Shown: in pieces, positions 18,108-27,977 of the stretch
Position numbering within the stretch: the stretch's first letter is position 1
How the letters are laid out: the number at the start of each line of letters is the position of its first letter
NCBI GenBank assembly: GCA_958295815.1
Contig: OY282374.1
Span: 2,882,856 to 2,946,855 of the forward strand
Direction of reading: 5' to 3'
Origin: Candidatus Poribacteria bacterium
GTDB taxonomy: Bacteria > Poribacteria > WGA-4E > WGA-3G
DNA length: 64,000 nt
Made by a program: the position numbers and the translations under genes
Notes under the pieces: generated by a model
Databases searched by the model: none
What the model was told of the DNA's origin: nothing
Seen by the model: the letters and a program-made list of their open reading frames with translations, nothing else

Positions 18108-19817
18108 TTATTCTTTTCGCTTTGGCACAGCAGGTTCGACGTATAGTGTCTTTTCGCGTGTGTAATGTACATAGCCTGCGACGTTGCCTTTTCGTTTGAC
18201 GACATAACGCGCCCATGTGTAGTCAACAGGGACATTGCTAGCATGGTGCGCTTTGCTGTAATAAGCGGCGAGTTGCGCGGCTTGTAATAAGGTCGGCATC
18301 GGGATGTCTTGTCGGTTCTCTGGGTTACGGATGATTACGTGTGAACCGTGTATCTGCTTGGTATGGAGCCACATATCACGCGGTTTAGCGATTTGACGTA
18401 AGAGCAGGTCGTTGGATTGGCTGTTTCGTCCAACGTATATCTGAAATCCGTTGGTAGAGGTGTATTTTCGGAAAGGACCGTCGCTTGCTTCCTGTTTCTG
18501 CTTCCCGCGCTGTGAGGACTTAATGTAGCCATTGGTAACAAACTCGGTGCGGAGACGTTGGAGTGTTTGTAAAGTGTCAGCGGATTCCAATTTGGATACA
18601 CAAAGCCGCAGTGTCTCCTGCTCCGCCTCAAGGTCTGAAATTAGCTGCAGGATACGCGACCGTCCGCGTTTCGCTTTCGTATACTTCTTGAAATAAGCCT
18701 GTGCGTTCTCGGAAGGGGTCTGCTCAGGGTCGAGAGGAATTACCAACATTTCCAGTTCAGGACTGTAGTAGTTCTGCAACTCGACCTGTTTTTGTCCACG
18801 GGTAATGTTATGTAAATTGGCGAGTAGCAATTCTCCCTGAATACGGTAATCTTCTGATTTCTCTGCCCGTTCTAAGTCGTTACACAGCCCATCTGCTTTT
18901 CGCTGAAGTAGATTCTCCTGTTTCTTCAACGCCTGCGTAAGCGCATGCTGTTCTGAATCCATAAGCTCCTTCAGCGTGATTGCATCGTAGTATGCCCCGA
19001 GTGCTTCGTTCATTGTCTCGAATGCTTGACAAAAGGCTTGCGGAAATTGATGCAGGGGCAGTGGAGATGCGGCAATCGGTTCATCGTTATCCATAAGCAG
19101 TTGTGGTGTGGCATGCTTTGGATCGAAATAGGCTATAACTTGCTGATAGGCATCCCAGAGCTCTGTCTCCGCTGCGCGTGCGACGACCTCTTTTGCGAGT
19201 GTAGGACCGAAGCCGTCAATCTTATTGAAAAGCTGCCGCCAACTCACTTGAGCCTGTCCGCCAACAAGTTCGGTAAACGCCGCTTTGTCTAACGTCAGCG
19301 GATCCAACTTCTCCTGTTGTGGTGGTAAAGTGTAAGTCTCACCGGGCATAACCTCGCGGTGCCGACTCATTGTCTCGTCGATGCGTTTGAGACTCTCTAA
19401 GATCCGATCATCCTCTGTATCAACAAGAATGATGTTGCTATATTTCCCCATGCACTCCGCTATAAGGGCTTTCGGGGAGGGTTGTATAGGATCATCGGAA
19501 ACGGGTTGGACGGTTATCTTGAGTATCCGATCCCAACCGAGTTGTTCAATCTCGGTGATTGTGCCACGTCTGAGATGCGTTGTGAGGAAGTCCGCAAGAT
19601 AAGACTGTTTCTGTCCAGGTGGCGGCTTTTCGATGAGGTGTGCTCGTGCATGCAGCGAATGTGCCGATAACGTGAGCCAATGGTTTTCTGCAGCGCGACC
19701 GATTTTGAATGAAAAAGTGTGTGCGTTCGCCTGTTCAATGTGCCGAATCGTGCTACCTAAAAGGGCATCGCGCAGCTCATGAACGACAAAACGGAGAGCT
19801 AAACTATCGTAAGACAT
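18108..19817 (-). CDS. NFACT-family ribosome quality-control protein (RqcH / FbpA-like) with C-terminal NFACT-R (DUF814)
   Basis: N-terminal NFACT-N-like region. C-terminal YVGRNSQSNDLLL...DMWLHTKQIHGSHVIIR matches DUF814. Confidence 0.75.
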   Translation of the reverse strand: MSYDSLALRFVVHELRDALLGSTIRHIEQANAHTFSFKIGRAAENHWLTLSAHSLHARAHLIEKPPPGQKQSYLADFLTTHLRRGTITEIEQLGWDRILKITVQPVSDDPIQPSPKALIAECMGKYSNIILVDTEDDRILESLKRIDETMSRHREVMPGETYTLPPQQEKLDPLTLDKAAFTELVGGQAQVSWRQLFNKIDGFGPTLAKEVVARAAETELWDAYQQVIAYFDPKHATPQLLMDNDEPIAASPLPLHQFPQAFCQAFETMNEALGAYYDAITLKELMDSEQHALTQALKKQENLLQRKADGLCNDLERAEKSEDYRIQGELLLANLHNITRGQKQVELQNYYSPELEMLVIPLDPEQTPSENAQAYFKKYTKAKRGRSRILQLISDLEAEQETLRLCVSKLESADTLQTLQRLRTEFVTNGYIKSSQRGKQKQEASDGPFRKYTSTNGFQIYVGRNSQSNDLLLRQIAKPRDMWLHTKQIHGSHVIIRNPENRQDIPMPTLLQAAQLAAYYSKAHHASNVPVDYTWARYVVKRKGNVAGYVHYTREKTLYVEPAVPKRKE

Positions 19818-19869
19818 GGCGGAATTTCACCTCTATAGCAGAAAACAGGATGCATTGGAAAGTGCGTCT

Positions 19870-20808
19870 CTAATGATACGGTTTTAAGCTGGGCATCACT
19901 TTGCGGAGTTGTTCTTGAATTTCAGATGGAACGCGTGGATTAAACGGACCGCCAGCACCTGCCACAATATCGTCAAAGCCACTTAAGATCATCGCTTCAA
20001 CAACAGCGGAATAATTATAGACGCGTTCATTCATGAAACGGATCTCCTCGAGGGGTGCGATATCGGCTTCAATGCGTGCTGATGTATCATAATCACCACG
20101 GCGTTGGGCGTTGTTAATTTCGTCCGAAGCGCGGGCGAAGGCGACAGCAATACCGGAGGTATGCCCCTTCGTTCCTAATTGCGCAGGACGCGTGCATCTG
20201 TCACCGATGCCCCACATCACGATTCCACTGCTACCCACTCCTTCTACGAGGGGTTCTACATCCTCTTCACCGGTCCCAATCTTCACACCGACAAAATGTG
20301 GGGAATCGTTTAGCAGACGGATGACTGCGGACAGATCGCGTTTCTGACGGAAATAGTAGAGGAACCGTGCGCCACAAGTAGAGCCGTAGGTTTCGCCGAA
20401 TTTCATGTACTCGTCGTAGACCCCTTCAGGATTAGAAATTCCGGTCAGTGGCATGAGCAGATACACATCAGGCGGTCTTTGAAGTTCTGACTGTGCTTCG
20501 ATGAGTTGCCCGGCTTGACGGATGGGATTCGGTACGACGCCAGACATGAGGATACCGTTTTCACCCATTTGTCGTCCAGTTTGGTCGATAAGGCGGAGTT
20601 GTTCGGTTTCATTGATGTGGTGGATTAGGCTCGTCCCGGCAATAGCAATGACGCGCGGTCTGCCTTGATCAAGGTAGTTGTTCCCCATTAAATAGTCAAT
20701 GTTTTTGGCATGTCCAGTGTAGTCAATTTTGTCGTCTTTGAAAGGGATAATAGGGATCGCAGTGACGGAATTGAGGTCGTCTAAAAGTTGTGGTATCTCT
20801 GATGGCAT
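19870..20808 (-). CDS. Dihydrodipicolinate synthase/N-acetylneuraminate lyase family (DapA-like) TIM-barrel aldolase
   Basis: Length and conserved blocks typical of the DHDPS family. Substrate not assignable. Confidence 0.55.
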   Translation of the reverse strand: MPSEIPQLLDDLNSVTAIPIIPFKDDKIDYTGHAKNIDYLMGNNYLDQGRPRVIAIAGTSLIHHINETEQLRLIDQTGRQMGENGILMSGVVPNPIRQAGQLIEAQSELQRPPDVYLLMPLTGISNPEGVYDEYMKFGETYGSTCGARFLYYFRQKRDLSAVIRLLNDSPHFVGVKIGTGEEDVEPLVEGVGSSGIVMWGIGDRCTRPAQLGTKGHTSGIAVAFARASDEINNAQRRGDYDTSARIEADIAPLEEIRFMNERVYNYSAVVEAMILSGFDDIVAGAGGPFNPRVPSEIQEQLRKVMPSLKPYH

Positions 20809-20820
20809 AAGTTTCTCCTC

Positions 20821-21639
20821 TTAAAATCTTTTTCGCAGGACCAGCGCACCTGCGAGTGTCCCTTCGAATATGTCAGTTTGCAGATCTATCTCATATGGAC
20901 TCGTTTTTGTTTGCATTGGCGTGCTTTGTAATCGAGCGTTGATACGTTTGGTTGTAATGCGTGCCTCTACAGCACTGACGACGTGGTTCAAGATTGCCAA
21001 GCCTAATATTGTCCGAGCGCGTTGAAAGGTGTCGTTCGCTTTCTGCCGTAAATCGAAAGCCTCTAAGCGATGTCGCGAGTCAAAATCGATGTCTAAGTCG
21101 GGCTCATTTTTCAGACCTGGATCGATGTCCGCCCAATACCACTTGCCAGTCCGCTTCCGGGTCTCCTCTGAATCGTAGACGTGGTTCCAAGTCTCATATT
21201 GCGTGGCGTGTTCAAAATCTTCAATCGGATCCCAATCCTCGAAGGAGCCAGAACCGATAAAATTAACATGCTCCCTGACGACATCGCGATAGTCCTCGCG
21301 AGTGTTTGAGGCGTTGTTTCGGAGGAAAAAGTAGGTTACGAGTAAACCGACCTCTGCAGCAGTATAAAAATACCCGTGCTTGGCACCCGTGTAGATTTGC
21401 CCCATGCCGGGGATAACGAGCGAATAGAGGAACGCTTCATTGGGAGACTTAAGCGGTTGGAGACTTTGGCTTGCTTCCATAGTAACAGTAGATTGGTTTG
21501 CAAGAGTGCGATTTCCGAGAGTGGAATCTAAATAAAAAGCCGTGAACAGTGGTGCGTGTGGACCTTTGGATGCTAAACAGAGACCGGAAGATAAACAAAA
21601 TATCAGGACGATTATCAAAATTTGGGTCTTAGATTTCAC
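20821..21639 (-). CDS. Hypothetical secreted/membrane protein
   Basis: Signal peptide. Hydrophobic segment PGMGQIYTGAKHGYFYTAAEVGLLVTYFFL. Confidence 0.45.
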   Translation of the reverse strand: MKSKTQILIIVLIFCLSSGLCLASKGPHAPLFTAFYLDSTLGNRTLANQSTVTMEASQSLQPLKSPNEAFLYSLVIPGMGQIYTGAKHGYFYTAAEVGLLVTYFFLRNNASNTREDYRDVVREHVNFIGSGSFEDWDPIEDFEHATQYETWNHVYDSEETRKRTGKWYWADIDPGLKNEPDLDIDFDSRHRLEAFDLRQKANDTFQRARTILGLAILNHVVSAVEARITTKRINARLQSTPMQTKTSPYEIDLQTDIFEGTLAGALVLRKRF

Positions 21640-21656
21640 TTTTTCTTTTTTCCCTT

Positions 21657-22781
21657 TTAAAAGATGAACATCACAGTAGTTTCATAGAGTCGCGAACGAC
21701 TTGGACCGAAACTTGGACCGATTGTAAAGTCAATATTGAATAGATAGACTCGAGCACCGATACCAGCGGTAATGTGATCTGTCAAGTCAGGTAAGTGAAT
21801 ACCGGGTTCGGACTTGTATCCGACTCGCAATGCAAGCATACCGTTGAGCCAGTATTCTAAACCGAGATTCTTTTGGAGGTGCCGCCACTCAAATGCCCGG
21901 ATACCGACGCCGCGGTCGGACAGCAACTGTCCCCGCGTTAGTTTTTCTTCTCTTTCGGCGTTGAGCCGCTCCAAATCCACGGTTAATTCATCTTCATTTT
22001 CCGCCAATTTATCAATATACGCTGTGATACCACTGACAAGGCGAAGATGATTATACCTATCGCTGTAGAGATCTATGGACTTGCCAAGTCGCAAAAACCG
22101 GGGCAAGGGATCTGCTTGGTTCTCATCGATAAAAGAGATACCGGGTCCGACGTTCTGAATTGCGGCACCGATCGTTATCGGTATAAGGTCGAAAGGGAGA
22201 CGGTATTGCGCGCCGATATCAACGGCATAAGAACTTCCGCTTTCGCGTCCGAGTACCATCCGAATCATTTTACCATTGATGCCCGCCGATAGAGATTCGG
22301 TAATCCGGTCTGCATAGGAAAGCGTCAAAGCGAAGTTGGTGCCGAGGCTCTCCTCACGCAGCACATCAGGCGAATCGGTAGTCACGGCGATTGTCCCCTG
22401 TCCTTGCATTTGGAGTGTCGCGCCGACAGTTCCGACATCTCCGAGAGGCATCGCGCCAGAGACGAAAGTGTAGTATAACCCTTCGCCAGCTTCCCCGAAA
22501 GGTGCACTATAATCTGTATAAAACATTGATGCCTGCACTGCTTCTTTACCAGAACGGAGTTTGCTCTCAGGCATATCGACAAGTCCACTTGGGTTCCAAA
22601 GCGATGTCGTCACATCACCAGACATGGCATAAAATGCGTCGCCGAGAGCCCTTGCCCGTGCGCCACCGCCGAGATTCAAGATTTGTGCGCCTGTCCTTCC
22701 AGGTCCAGCATGAACGGTGGTCGGTAGAAAAACGGTAATCGATAAAAGAAAGATGAAGGTTTTGCGTATAAAACAGCCCAC
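21657..22781 (-). CDS. Outer-membrane beta-barrel protein, PorV/PorQ (FadL-like, T9SS-associated) family candidate
   Basis: Signal peptide. N-terminal motif GAQILNLGGGARARALGDAF...WNPSGL. C-terminal aromatic residue. Sits next to a T9SS-CTD cargo gene. Confidence 0.4.
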   Translation of the reverse strand: MGCFIRKTFIFLLSITVFLPTTVHAGPGRTGAQILNLGGGARARALGDAFYAMSGDVTTSLWNPSGLVDMPESKLRSGKEAVQASMFYTDYSAPFGEAGEGLYYTFVSGAMPLGDVGTVGATLQMQGQGTIAVTTDSPDVLREESLGTNFALTLSYADRITESLSAGINGKMIRMVLGRESGSSYAVDIGAQYRLPFDLIPITIGAAIQNVGPGISFIDENQADPLPRFLRLGKSIDLYSDRYNHLRLVSGITAYIDKLAENEDELTVDLERLNAEREEKLTRGQLLSDRGVGIRAFEWRHLQKNLGLEYWLNGMLALRVGYKSEPGIHLPDLTDHITAGIGARVYLFNIDFTIGPSFGPSRSRLYETTVMFIF

Positions 22782-23020
22782 TGAATTGTAACTCCTCTTT
22801 TTGATTTAAATTCTTTTTTTGATGCGTCTAACACTATATATGATAACGCATTCGCCATAAAAACGCAAATCGCTTCATTTTGGTTTACATTATTATTTTT
22901 GGATATTTAGGATTCGGTTGTGGGCAAGTTATTTTCAGTCTAATAAAGGGGCAAAGGAAGGTCGATCATTCGATAATTCACCGATTGTAAAATCTACAAT
23001 TATATGGACGATTGTAAAGC

Positions 23021-23050
23021 GTCGGGGTTACAAACGCCTCCTACAAAGAG
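23021..23050 (+). repeat. Single REP-like hairpin GTCGGGGTTACAAACGCCTCCTACAAAGAG
   Basis: Same family as the 45245, 55794 and 36337 copies. Confidence 0.7.
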
Positions 23051-23205
23051 CGATCTTTGGATAATATAGGGGTTAATTATGAGTTTTATCGCTGGATATT
23101 TACAAGGTAGATCCCTGATGCCACTAACCCCTTACCTAATTTCTTTTTCCCGAAAAAATTGAAGGGAGTAACAGGTTTGAACCTGCTATTCCCTATAAGA
23201 AGTGG

Positions 23206-25071
23206 TTACTTTAGAATCAGCATTTTGCGGAGTTGAGAAGTGTTCTGCGTCTGTAGATGATAGAAATAGATACCACTCGCAACCGGTTCACCGATTTCAT
23301 TTTTGCCATCCCAATAGGCAGCACGACTCTTATCGGTATAGTAGCCGTCGCGTTGATGTCCGAGTTTAAGTTGACGGATAAGGGTGCCCCGCGAATTATA
23401 AATGCTGATTTGAACGTCACTCGAATTCGCTAAATGATAGGGTATCCATGTCTCGGGGTTGAATGGGTTGGGATAGTTGGCGAGAAGCAGTGTCTTCTCT
23501 GGACGTGTTGAGAATAAAATCTCTTCTATTAGCGTAATTACCTGCTTGTATTTCGCTGAGCCATCGCTCTCGAGTCGTAAATTACGCAGATATGTCCGTA
23601 GTGTTTCACGATCTACTGCTTTGAGCGTTTTCTCCGCCATGACTGTGTTCAAAATGCTGTTTGAAGGTGCTGCGTTATCGTCTGTTGTATCATTCAGCAC
23701 TTTGATAAAGAGTCTAATTGTATCTGAACCGCCATTGCCATCAGTGACTGTAACTATTGTTTTATGAACTTTCTGAGTCTCAAAATCTAATTCAGCAACA
23801 GTTTGGAGCTGTCCAGTGCTGCTATCAATGCTAACGACTACTTCATTGTCGTGACTAATGGAGTAATTCAAGGTGTCACTATCTTCATCCGTAGCTGGTA
23901 TGGGTTCACCGAATTCTGTCCCTATAGCTATGTTTTCTGTGACAGTACGACGCATGCTTTTTTTGCCATTATTGATTACGGGTGCATTATTAGTAGCATC
24001 GTCGCTTGTGTCGTTAGTGATATTGATAGTGACATCAATTGAATCTGAACCTCCATTATTATCCGAGACTGAGACCGTTACTTCATAGGAAGTCTTTGTT
24101 TCATAATCCAGACTTGCACTCGTCTTTAACTGACCTGTACCGCTGTCGATAGCAAATGAATTCTCATCAGTCCCGCCAAGTGTGTACGTTAAAGTGTCGT
24201 CGTCGGCATCCGTCGCACTTATTGCGTTACCGAAGTTTGTACTTGATGCTGTATTTTCTGTGACTGAACGCGTCGTGGTATCACCATCATCGAACACCGG
24301 AGCATTGTTATTGTTGCTTGCGGCAGCAGTGCCATTGATAGTGACAACAATTGATCCCTGTCCACCCTTTCTATCAAGGGCTGTGATCTGCAATTCAACT
24401 GATGTCCCGGCATCGATCCCCATATCATTGCGATTCGTTACCAACTGTCCGGTGCTGGTATCAAGGTCAAATCGGGATAATATCCAGAAAAAGCCGAAAT
24501 TCCCGAATGGGCTAATCACGTATGTCAATGTGTCGTCATCTGGATCCGTCGCTGTAAAAGGATCACCGAGCAGCGTTCCTTTAGGTGCGTCTGTTGCAAC
24601 CGAACGGGTCGCCGTTTCACCCGCATCGAACACGGGTGCGTTGTTAACATTGATCGTGACAGCAATTGTGTCTGAACCGCCATTACCATCCGAGACTGTG
24701 ACCGTTACTGAGAAGGTCCCATTAGTATAGTCGATGTCAGCACCCACTTTTATCCGTCCGATATCGATGGTGCCATCATGAATGGTGACGTTATCAATGG
24801 TGAATGAAGCCGCATCGGTGCCACTAAGACTGTACGTCAATGTGTCGTCGTCATCATCCGTTGCTCTAATGGAATCAACGGTTCTACCTTCTGGACTGTC
24901 ATTTAGGACCCAAATCGTCGTGCTATCACCATCATCAAACACCGGGGGGTTATTCGCATAACTTATACTTTGGTTGGATAACAGCGTTATGCTGAGAACC
25001 AACACAATAACTTTTAGGCTCATTTGGTGAAGAACCTTCATTTTACTTGACCTCCATTTAAGACTGTTCAA
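23206..25071 (-). CDS. Cadherin-like-repeat surface protein with T9SS C-terminal sorting domain
   Basis: Repeated NAPVFDDGD...ATDADDDTLTY cadherin-like units. C-terminus NYPNPFNPETWIPYHL...VQISIYNSRGTLIRQL...WDGKNEIGEPVASGIYFYHLQ matches the T9SS type-A CTD. Confidence 0.7.
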   Translation of the reverse strand: MNSLKWRSSKMKVLHQMSLKVIVLVLSITLLSNQSISYANNPPVFDDGDSTTIWVLNDSPEGRTVDSIRATDDDDDTLTYSLSGTDAASFTIDNVTIHDGTIDIGRIKVGADIDYTNGTFSVTVTVSDGNGGSDTIAVTINVNNAPVFDAGETATRSVATDAPKGTLLGDPFTATDPDDDTLTYVISPFGNFGFFWILSRFDLDTSTGQLVTNRNDMGIDAGTSVELQITALDRKGGQGSIVVTINGTAAASNNNNAPVFDDGDTTTRSVTENTASSTNFGNAISATDADDDTLTYTLGGTDENSFAIDSGTGQLKTSASLDYETKTSYEVTVSVSDNNGGSDSIDVTINITNDTSDDATNNAPVINNGKKSMRRTVTENIAIGTEFGEPIPATDEDSDTLNYSISHDNEVVVSIDSSTGQLQTVAELDFETQKVHKTIVTVTDGNGGSDTIRLFIKVLNDTTDDNAAPSNSILNTVMAEKTLKAVDRETLRTYLRNLRLESDGSAKYKQVITLIEEILFSTRPEKTLLLANYPNPFNPETWIPYHLANSSDVQISIYNSRGTLIRQLKLGHQRDGYYTDKSRAAYWDGKNEIGEPVASGIYFYHLQTQNTSQLRKMLILK

Positions 25072-25172
25072 ACAAATTCACTTCTCTAACTTCCACACAA
25101 AATTATACTTCAACATCATTAGTAATTATAGCGCAATTATATTATTTAAGCAAAATTAATTATTATGCGTTT

Positions 25173-25400
25173 TTATGATTTATATGTAGCAATTTTTGTG
25201 CCAATAATGGACTCCTCTGGGTTATATTCCCGTTTTCGTTTGATATTGGAAATCAAATCATGTTCAACAGGATTATAATTGGGTGAATAAGGGGGTAAAA
25301 ACATCAGTGCTGTGACTGTGTCTTCTATGAGTTCTCGCGTACGAGGTGTCTTGTGTAGACGCGCATTGTCCATGATGACGACGTGATCTGCGGAGAGTCT
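25173..25400 (-). pseudogene. IS630/Tc1-mariner-family DDE transposase C-terminal remnant
   Basis: ...ADHVVIMDNARLHKTPRTRELIED...FLPPYSPNYNPVEH matches the IS630 C-terminal block (DNA[S/R]IH ... LPPYSPDLNPIE). The upstream part is missing and is replaced by a REP-like hairpin at 25404-25430. Confidence 0.6.
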
Positions 25401-25465
25401 TGGACAGGTGTTGTCGGGAATTGGAGTTCCCTCCTACAGAAGAACGGAGTGCCCTTGCTTTTGAA

Positions 25466-25494
25466 TTGACAGAAAAATGTATCCGTGCTAAAAT
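25466..25494 (+). promoter_or_regulatory. Sigma70 promoter TTGACA-17-TAAAAT for gene 25541-27730
   Basis: TTGACA at 25466-25471 and TAAAAT at 25489-25494. Confidence 0.55.
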
Positions 25495-25540
25495 CGTAAA
25501 ATAGACTGATAGCATAAGGAGGCTCTGAATATATAAAACA

Positions 25541-27730
25541 ATGCGAATAATTAGGGCACGACTTGCAAGCCCATACCTAACATTAGCAGCCTACCTCATC
25601 TTCTGCTTGTGGAGCCTTAGGGTATTGCCTGCAGACACACATGACGATATTCCCGAAATTCCAACGAACCGAACGATTAAAGCTGTCCGCATCGAAACAC
25701 CCCCAAAAATTGACGGAAAATTGGACGACGTATGCTGGCAAAATAGTGCCACAACCGGTGAATTGCTGCAATTTGAACCGCAGCGTGGCGAACCAGCATC
25801 GCAGCCTACGACTATTTACGTCGCTTACGATGCCAATAACCTCTATGTCGCATTTGAATGTTTTAAGGACGACATGAACAACCTCGCAGCGAACCTGACC
25901 CGACGCGACTCTTTCTTCTTCTCCGATGATCATGTCGAGGTTTTAATTGACACATTCCTTGATGGCAGAAACTGCTATGCGTTTGCCTTGAACCCGCTCG
26001 GTACTCAAACTGATCGGAGACTCATTAATGAAGGCTCAAACAGACGTACAGGGCAGTCCAGGATTGGGACTGCTATTTCGTGGGATTGCGACTGGCAAGG
26101 TAAGGCGAGCGAAGAAACGGATAAGTGGACAGCAGAATTTGCTATTCCGTTTGCAGAACTCCGATTCCCAAAAGGGCAGGAAACAATGACTTGGGGCATC
26201 AACTTCTGGCGGAACGATGAAGTCCCAGCAGAAGAACAGATGTGGGCAGATATGGGAGATCGTCAATATGCTGTATCAAGGTTCGGACATCTGACAGATA
26301 TTTCCACCGCGAACCTCGTCACAAAGCGACCGGTGAAATTCAAACCGTATGGCACTCTTAATCCACAAGCGACGCAAATCGGAGACGGTGAGACCACGCT
26401 TGCCATGAAAGGTGACGCTGGTTTGGACTTCCGGTATCCGATCGGGGACTTCACTGTTGATTTGACACTAAATCCAGACTTTGCGCAAATTGAGGCAGAT
26501 CCTGATCTTGTGAATCTTACCGATATTCCACTCCGTTTCCCCGAAAAACGTCCGTTCTTCCTTGAAGGAAACGAACTCTTCCAGATGCCCCTGGATCTGT
26601 TCTATAGCCGAAGGGTTGAAGACCTCATTGGTGGTGGAAAGGTCATCGGGAAATACAATAAATACAATGTTGCCTTTATGGGTGCGGTTGCGGGACCTGA
26701 GAACCCAGACAAAGAGATAGAAGCAGGCGAATTGCCTCTTGCGAATTATAACTACTCAGTGCTTCGATTGCAACGGGAAGTTGGTAAAACATCATCTGTA
26801 GGTTTTTTAGGCGTAAACAAACAACGCGGTGGCACGTACGACCGCGCAGGCGGACTGGATGCCCTTATTCAACTTCCGGCTGCTACGAGTCTGAATTTGG
26901 AATATGCGAGAGAATGGAAATCGGGAGGTCTCGACTGGGCAGAGAGCACTGCCGACGATCTGGTTTTTGTGCAGCTTGCGCGACGGACGAATGTATTCTC
27001 AGTAGACGCGATTTACGCAGACATCGGTGAATACTTCAGCCCTGAAACTGGGTTCGTCCCGCGTATCGATAGACGTGGTGTGGTTATTAGAAGCCGTTAT
27101 AATAAGCAGTACAAAGGCGCGATTGAGAGGCTTCGCGGTGAAGTTGAATATGAACGGCTCACAGACCAAACGGGTGAACTGAGGAACCATAGAGCGGGTT
27201 TTAGTGGACTCTTTGGTGTCTACAACTTCTTTTTCCTTGTTGGACCTGAATGGTACTATCACGTTGACGATGATGATAAGCCCCTTACTGACAGAACTGC
27301 TCGTTTCTTCGTAGGATGGTTCCCACCGAAATATGTGCAAATCCGAAACACGGGGAACTTCGGTGTCCGTAATAACAACAACATATTCTTCATTCGTCCC
27401 GAAATTACGATTCGTCCGACAGCCAAACTCAGTTTTGAGTTCATTCTGCAGCGACTTCATGAAAAGGAGCCAGATGCATCGGGGTGGCAGCTTGCGGAAT
27501 GGACGCGACGCCTTGTTGTGAACTATCAGTTTGCGCAGCGTATGTATGCGAGAGCAAGCGCGGAGTTCACTATTGAGAGAGAACGTCGAGTTTTCGCGCT
27601 TTTCGCTTATGAGTATCGTCCTGAAAGCAATTTCTTTATTGTCTACAATGACAATCGTGATATTGAAGGCGATACTGAGCGCATTGTGTTTATTAAAATT
27701 GCGCATCTTTTGAAGACTGATCTTTTTTAA
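25541..27730 (+). CDS. CBM9-like/DUF5916-family outer-membrane-associated protein
   Basis: Signal peptide. N-terminal CBM9-like block (KIDGKLDDVCWQN...TIYVAYDANNLYVAFEC) followed by a long beta-rich region ending in an aromatic residue. Confidence 0.55.
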   Translation: MRIIRARLASPYLTLAAYLIFCLWSLRVLPADTHDDIPEIPTNRTIKAVRIETPPKIDGKLDDVCWQNSATTGELLQFEPQRGEPASQPTTIYVAYDANNLYVAFECFKDDMNNLAANLTRRDSFFFSDDHVEVLIDTFLDGRNCYAFALNPLGTQTDRRLINEGSNRRTGQSRIGTAISWDCDWQGKASEETDKWTAEFAIPFAELRFPKGQETMTWGINFWRNDEVPAEEQMWADMGDRQYAVSRFGHLTDISTANLVTKRPVKFKPYGTLNPQATQIGDGETTLAMKGDAGLDFRYPIGDFTVDLTLNPDFAQIEADPDLVNLTDIPLRFPEKRPFFLEGNELFQMPLDLFYSRRVEDLIGGGKVIGKYNKYNVAFMGAVAGPENPDKEIEAGELPLANYNYSVLRLQREVGKTSSVGFLGVNKQRGGTYDRAGGLDALIQLPAATSLNLEYAREWKSGGLDWAESTADDLVFVQLARRTNVFSVDAIYADIGEYFSPETGFVPRIDRRGVVIRSRYNKQYKGAIERLRGEVEYERLTDQTGELRNHRAGFSGLFGVYNFFFLVGPEWYYHVDDDDKPLTDRTARFFVGWFPPKYVQIRNTGNFGVRNNNNIFFIRPEITIRPTAKLSFEFILQRLHEKEPDASGWQLAEWTRRLVVNYQFAQRMYARASAEFTIERERRVFALFAYEYRPESNFFIVYNDNRDIEGDTERIVFIKIAHLLKTDLF

Positions 27731-27737
27731 GAAAAGT

Positions 27738-27957
27738 CATAAATCGGGCTTACAAAGCCCTCCTACAAGAATGGCTGGATCACTACATAAATCGGGCTTA
27801 CAAAGCCCTCCCACAAGAAAAGCCCTTCCACAAGATGGATCGGTTTATTACATAAATCGGGCTTACAAAGCCCTCCCACAAGAAAAGCCTCCCACAAGAT
27901 GGGTTGGGTTATTACATAAATCGGGCTTACAAAGCCCTCCTACAACGGAGAACTTTC
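27738..27957 (+). repeat. Tandem array (4 units, about 55-60 bp period) of the REP-like hairpin AAATCGGGCTTACAAAGCCCTCC[C/T]ACAA
   Basis: Four direct copies separated by AGAAAAGCC..CACAAGATGG..TTATTACAT spacers. The ORF track reads through them as a false N-terminus of lnt. Confidence 0.85.
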
Positions 27958-27977
27958 TGAAACGCTATCAACACTGG

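Noticed and set aside
24182-24730. 182-aa plus-strand ORF inside the cadherin-repeat gene
   Set aside because: It is antisense to the T9SS cargo gene. The repetitive Ser/Val-rich sequence mirrors the cadherin repeats on the opposite strand.
26999-27706. 235-aa minus-strand ORF
   Set aside because: It lies wholly inside, and antisense to, the well-supported 729-aa CBM9-like gene. It has no RBS.
27771-27977. N-terminal 69 aa of the ORF-track lnt protein
   Set aside because: It is encoded entirely by the 4x tandem REP array (repeated peptide LHKSGLQSPPT). The more plausible start is GTG at about 27978.
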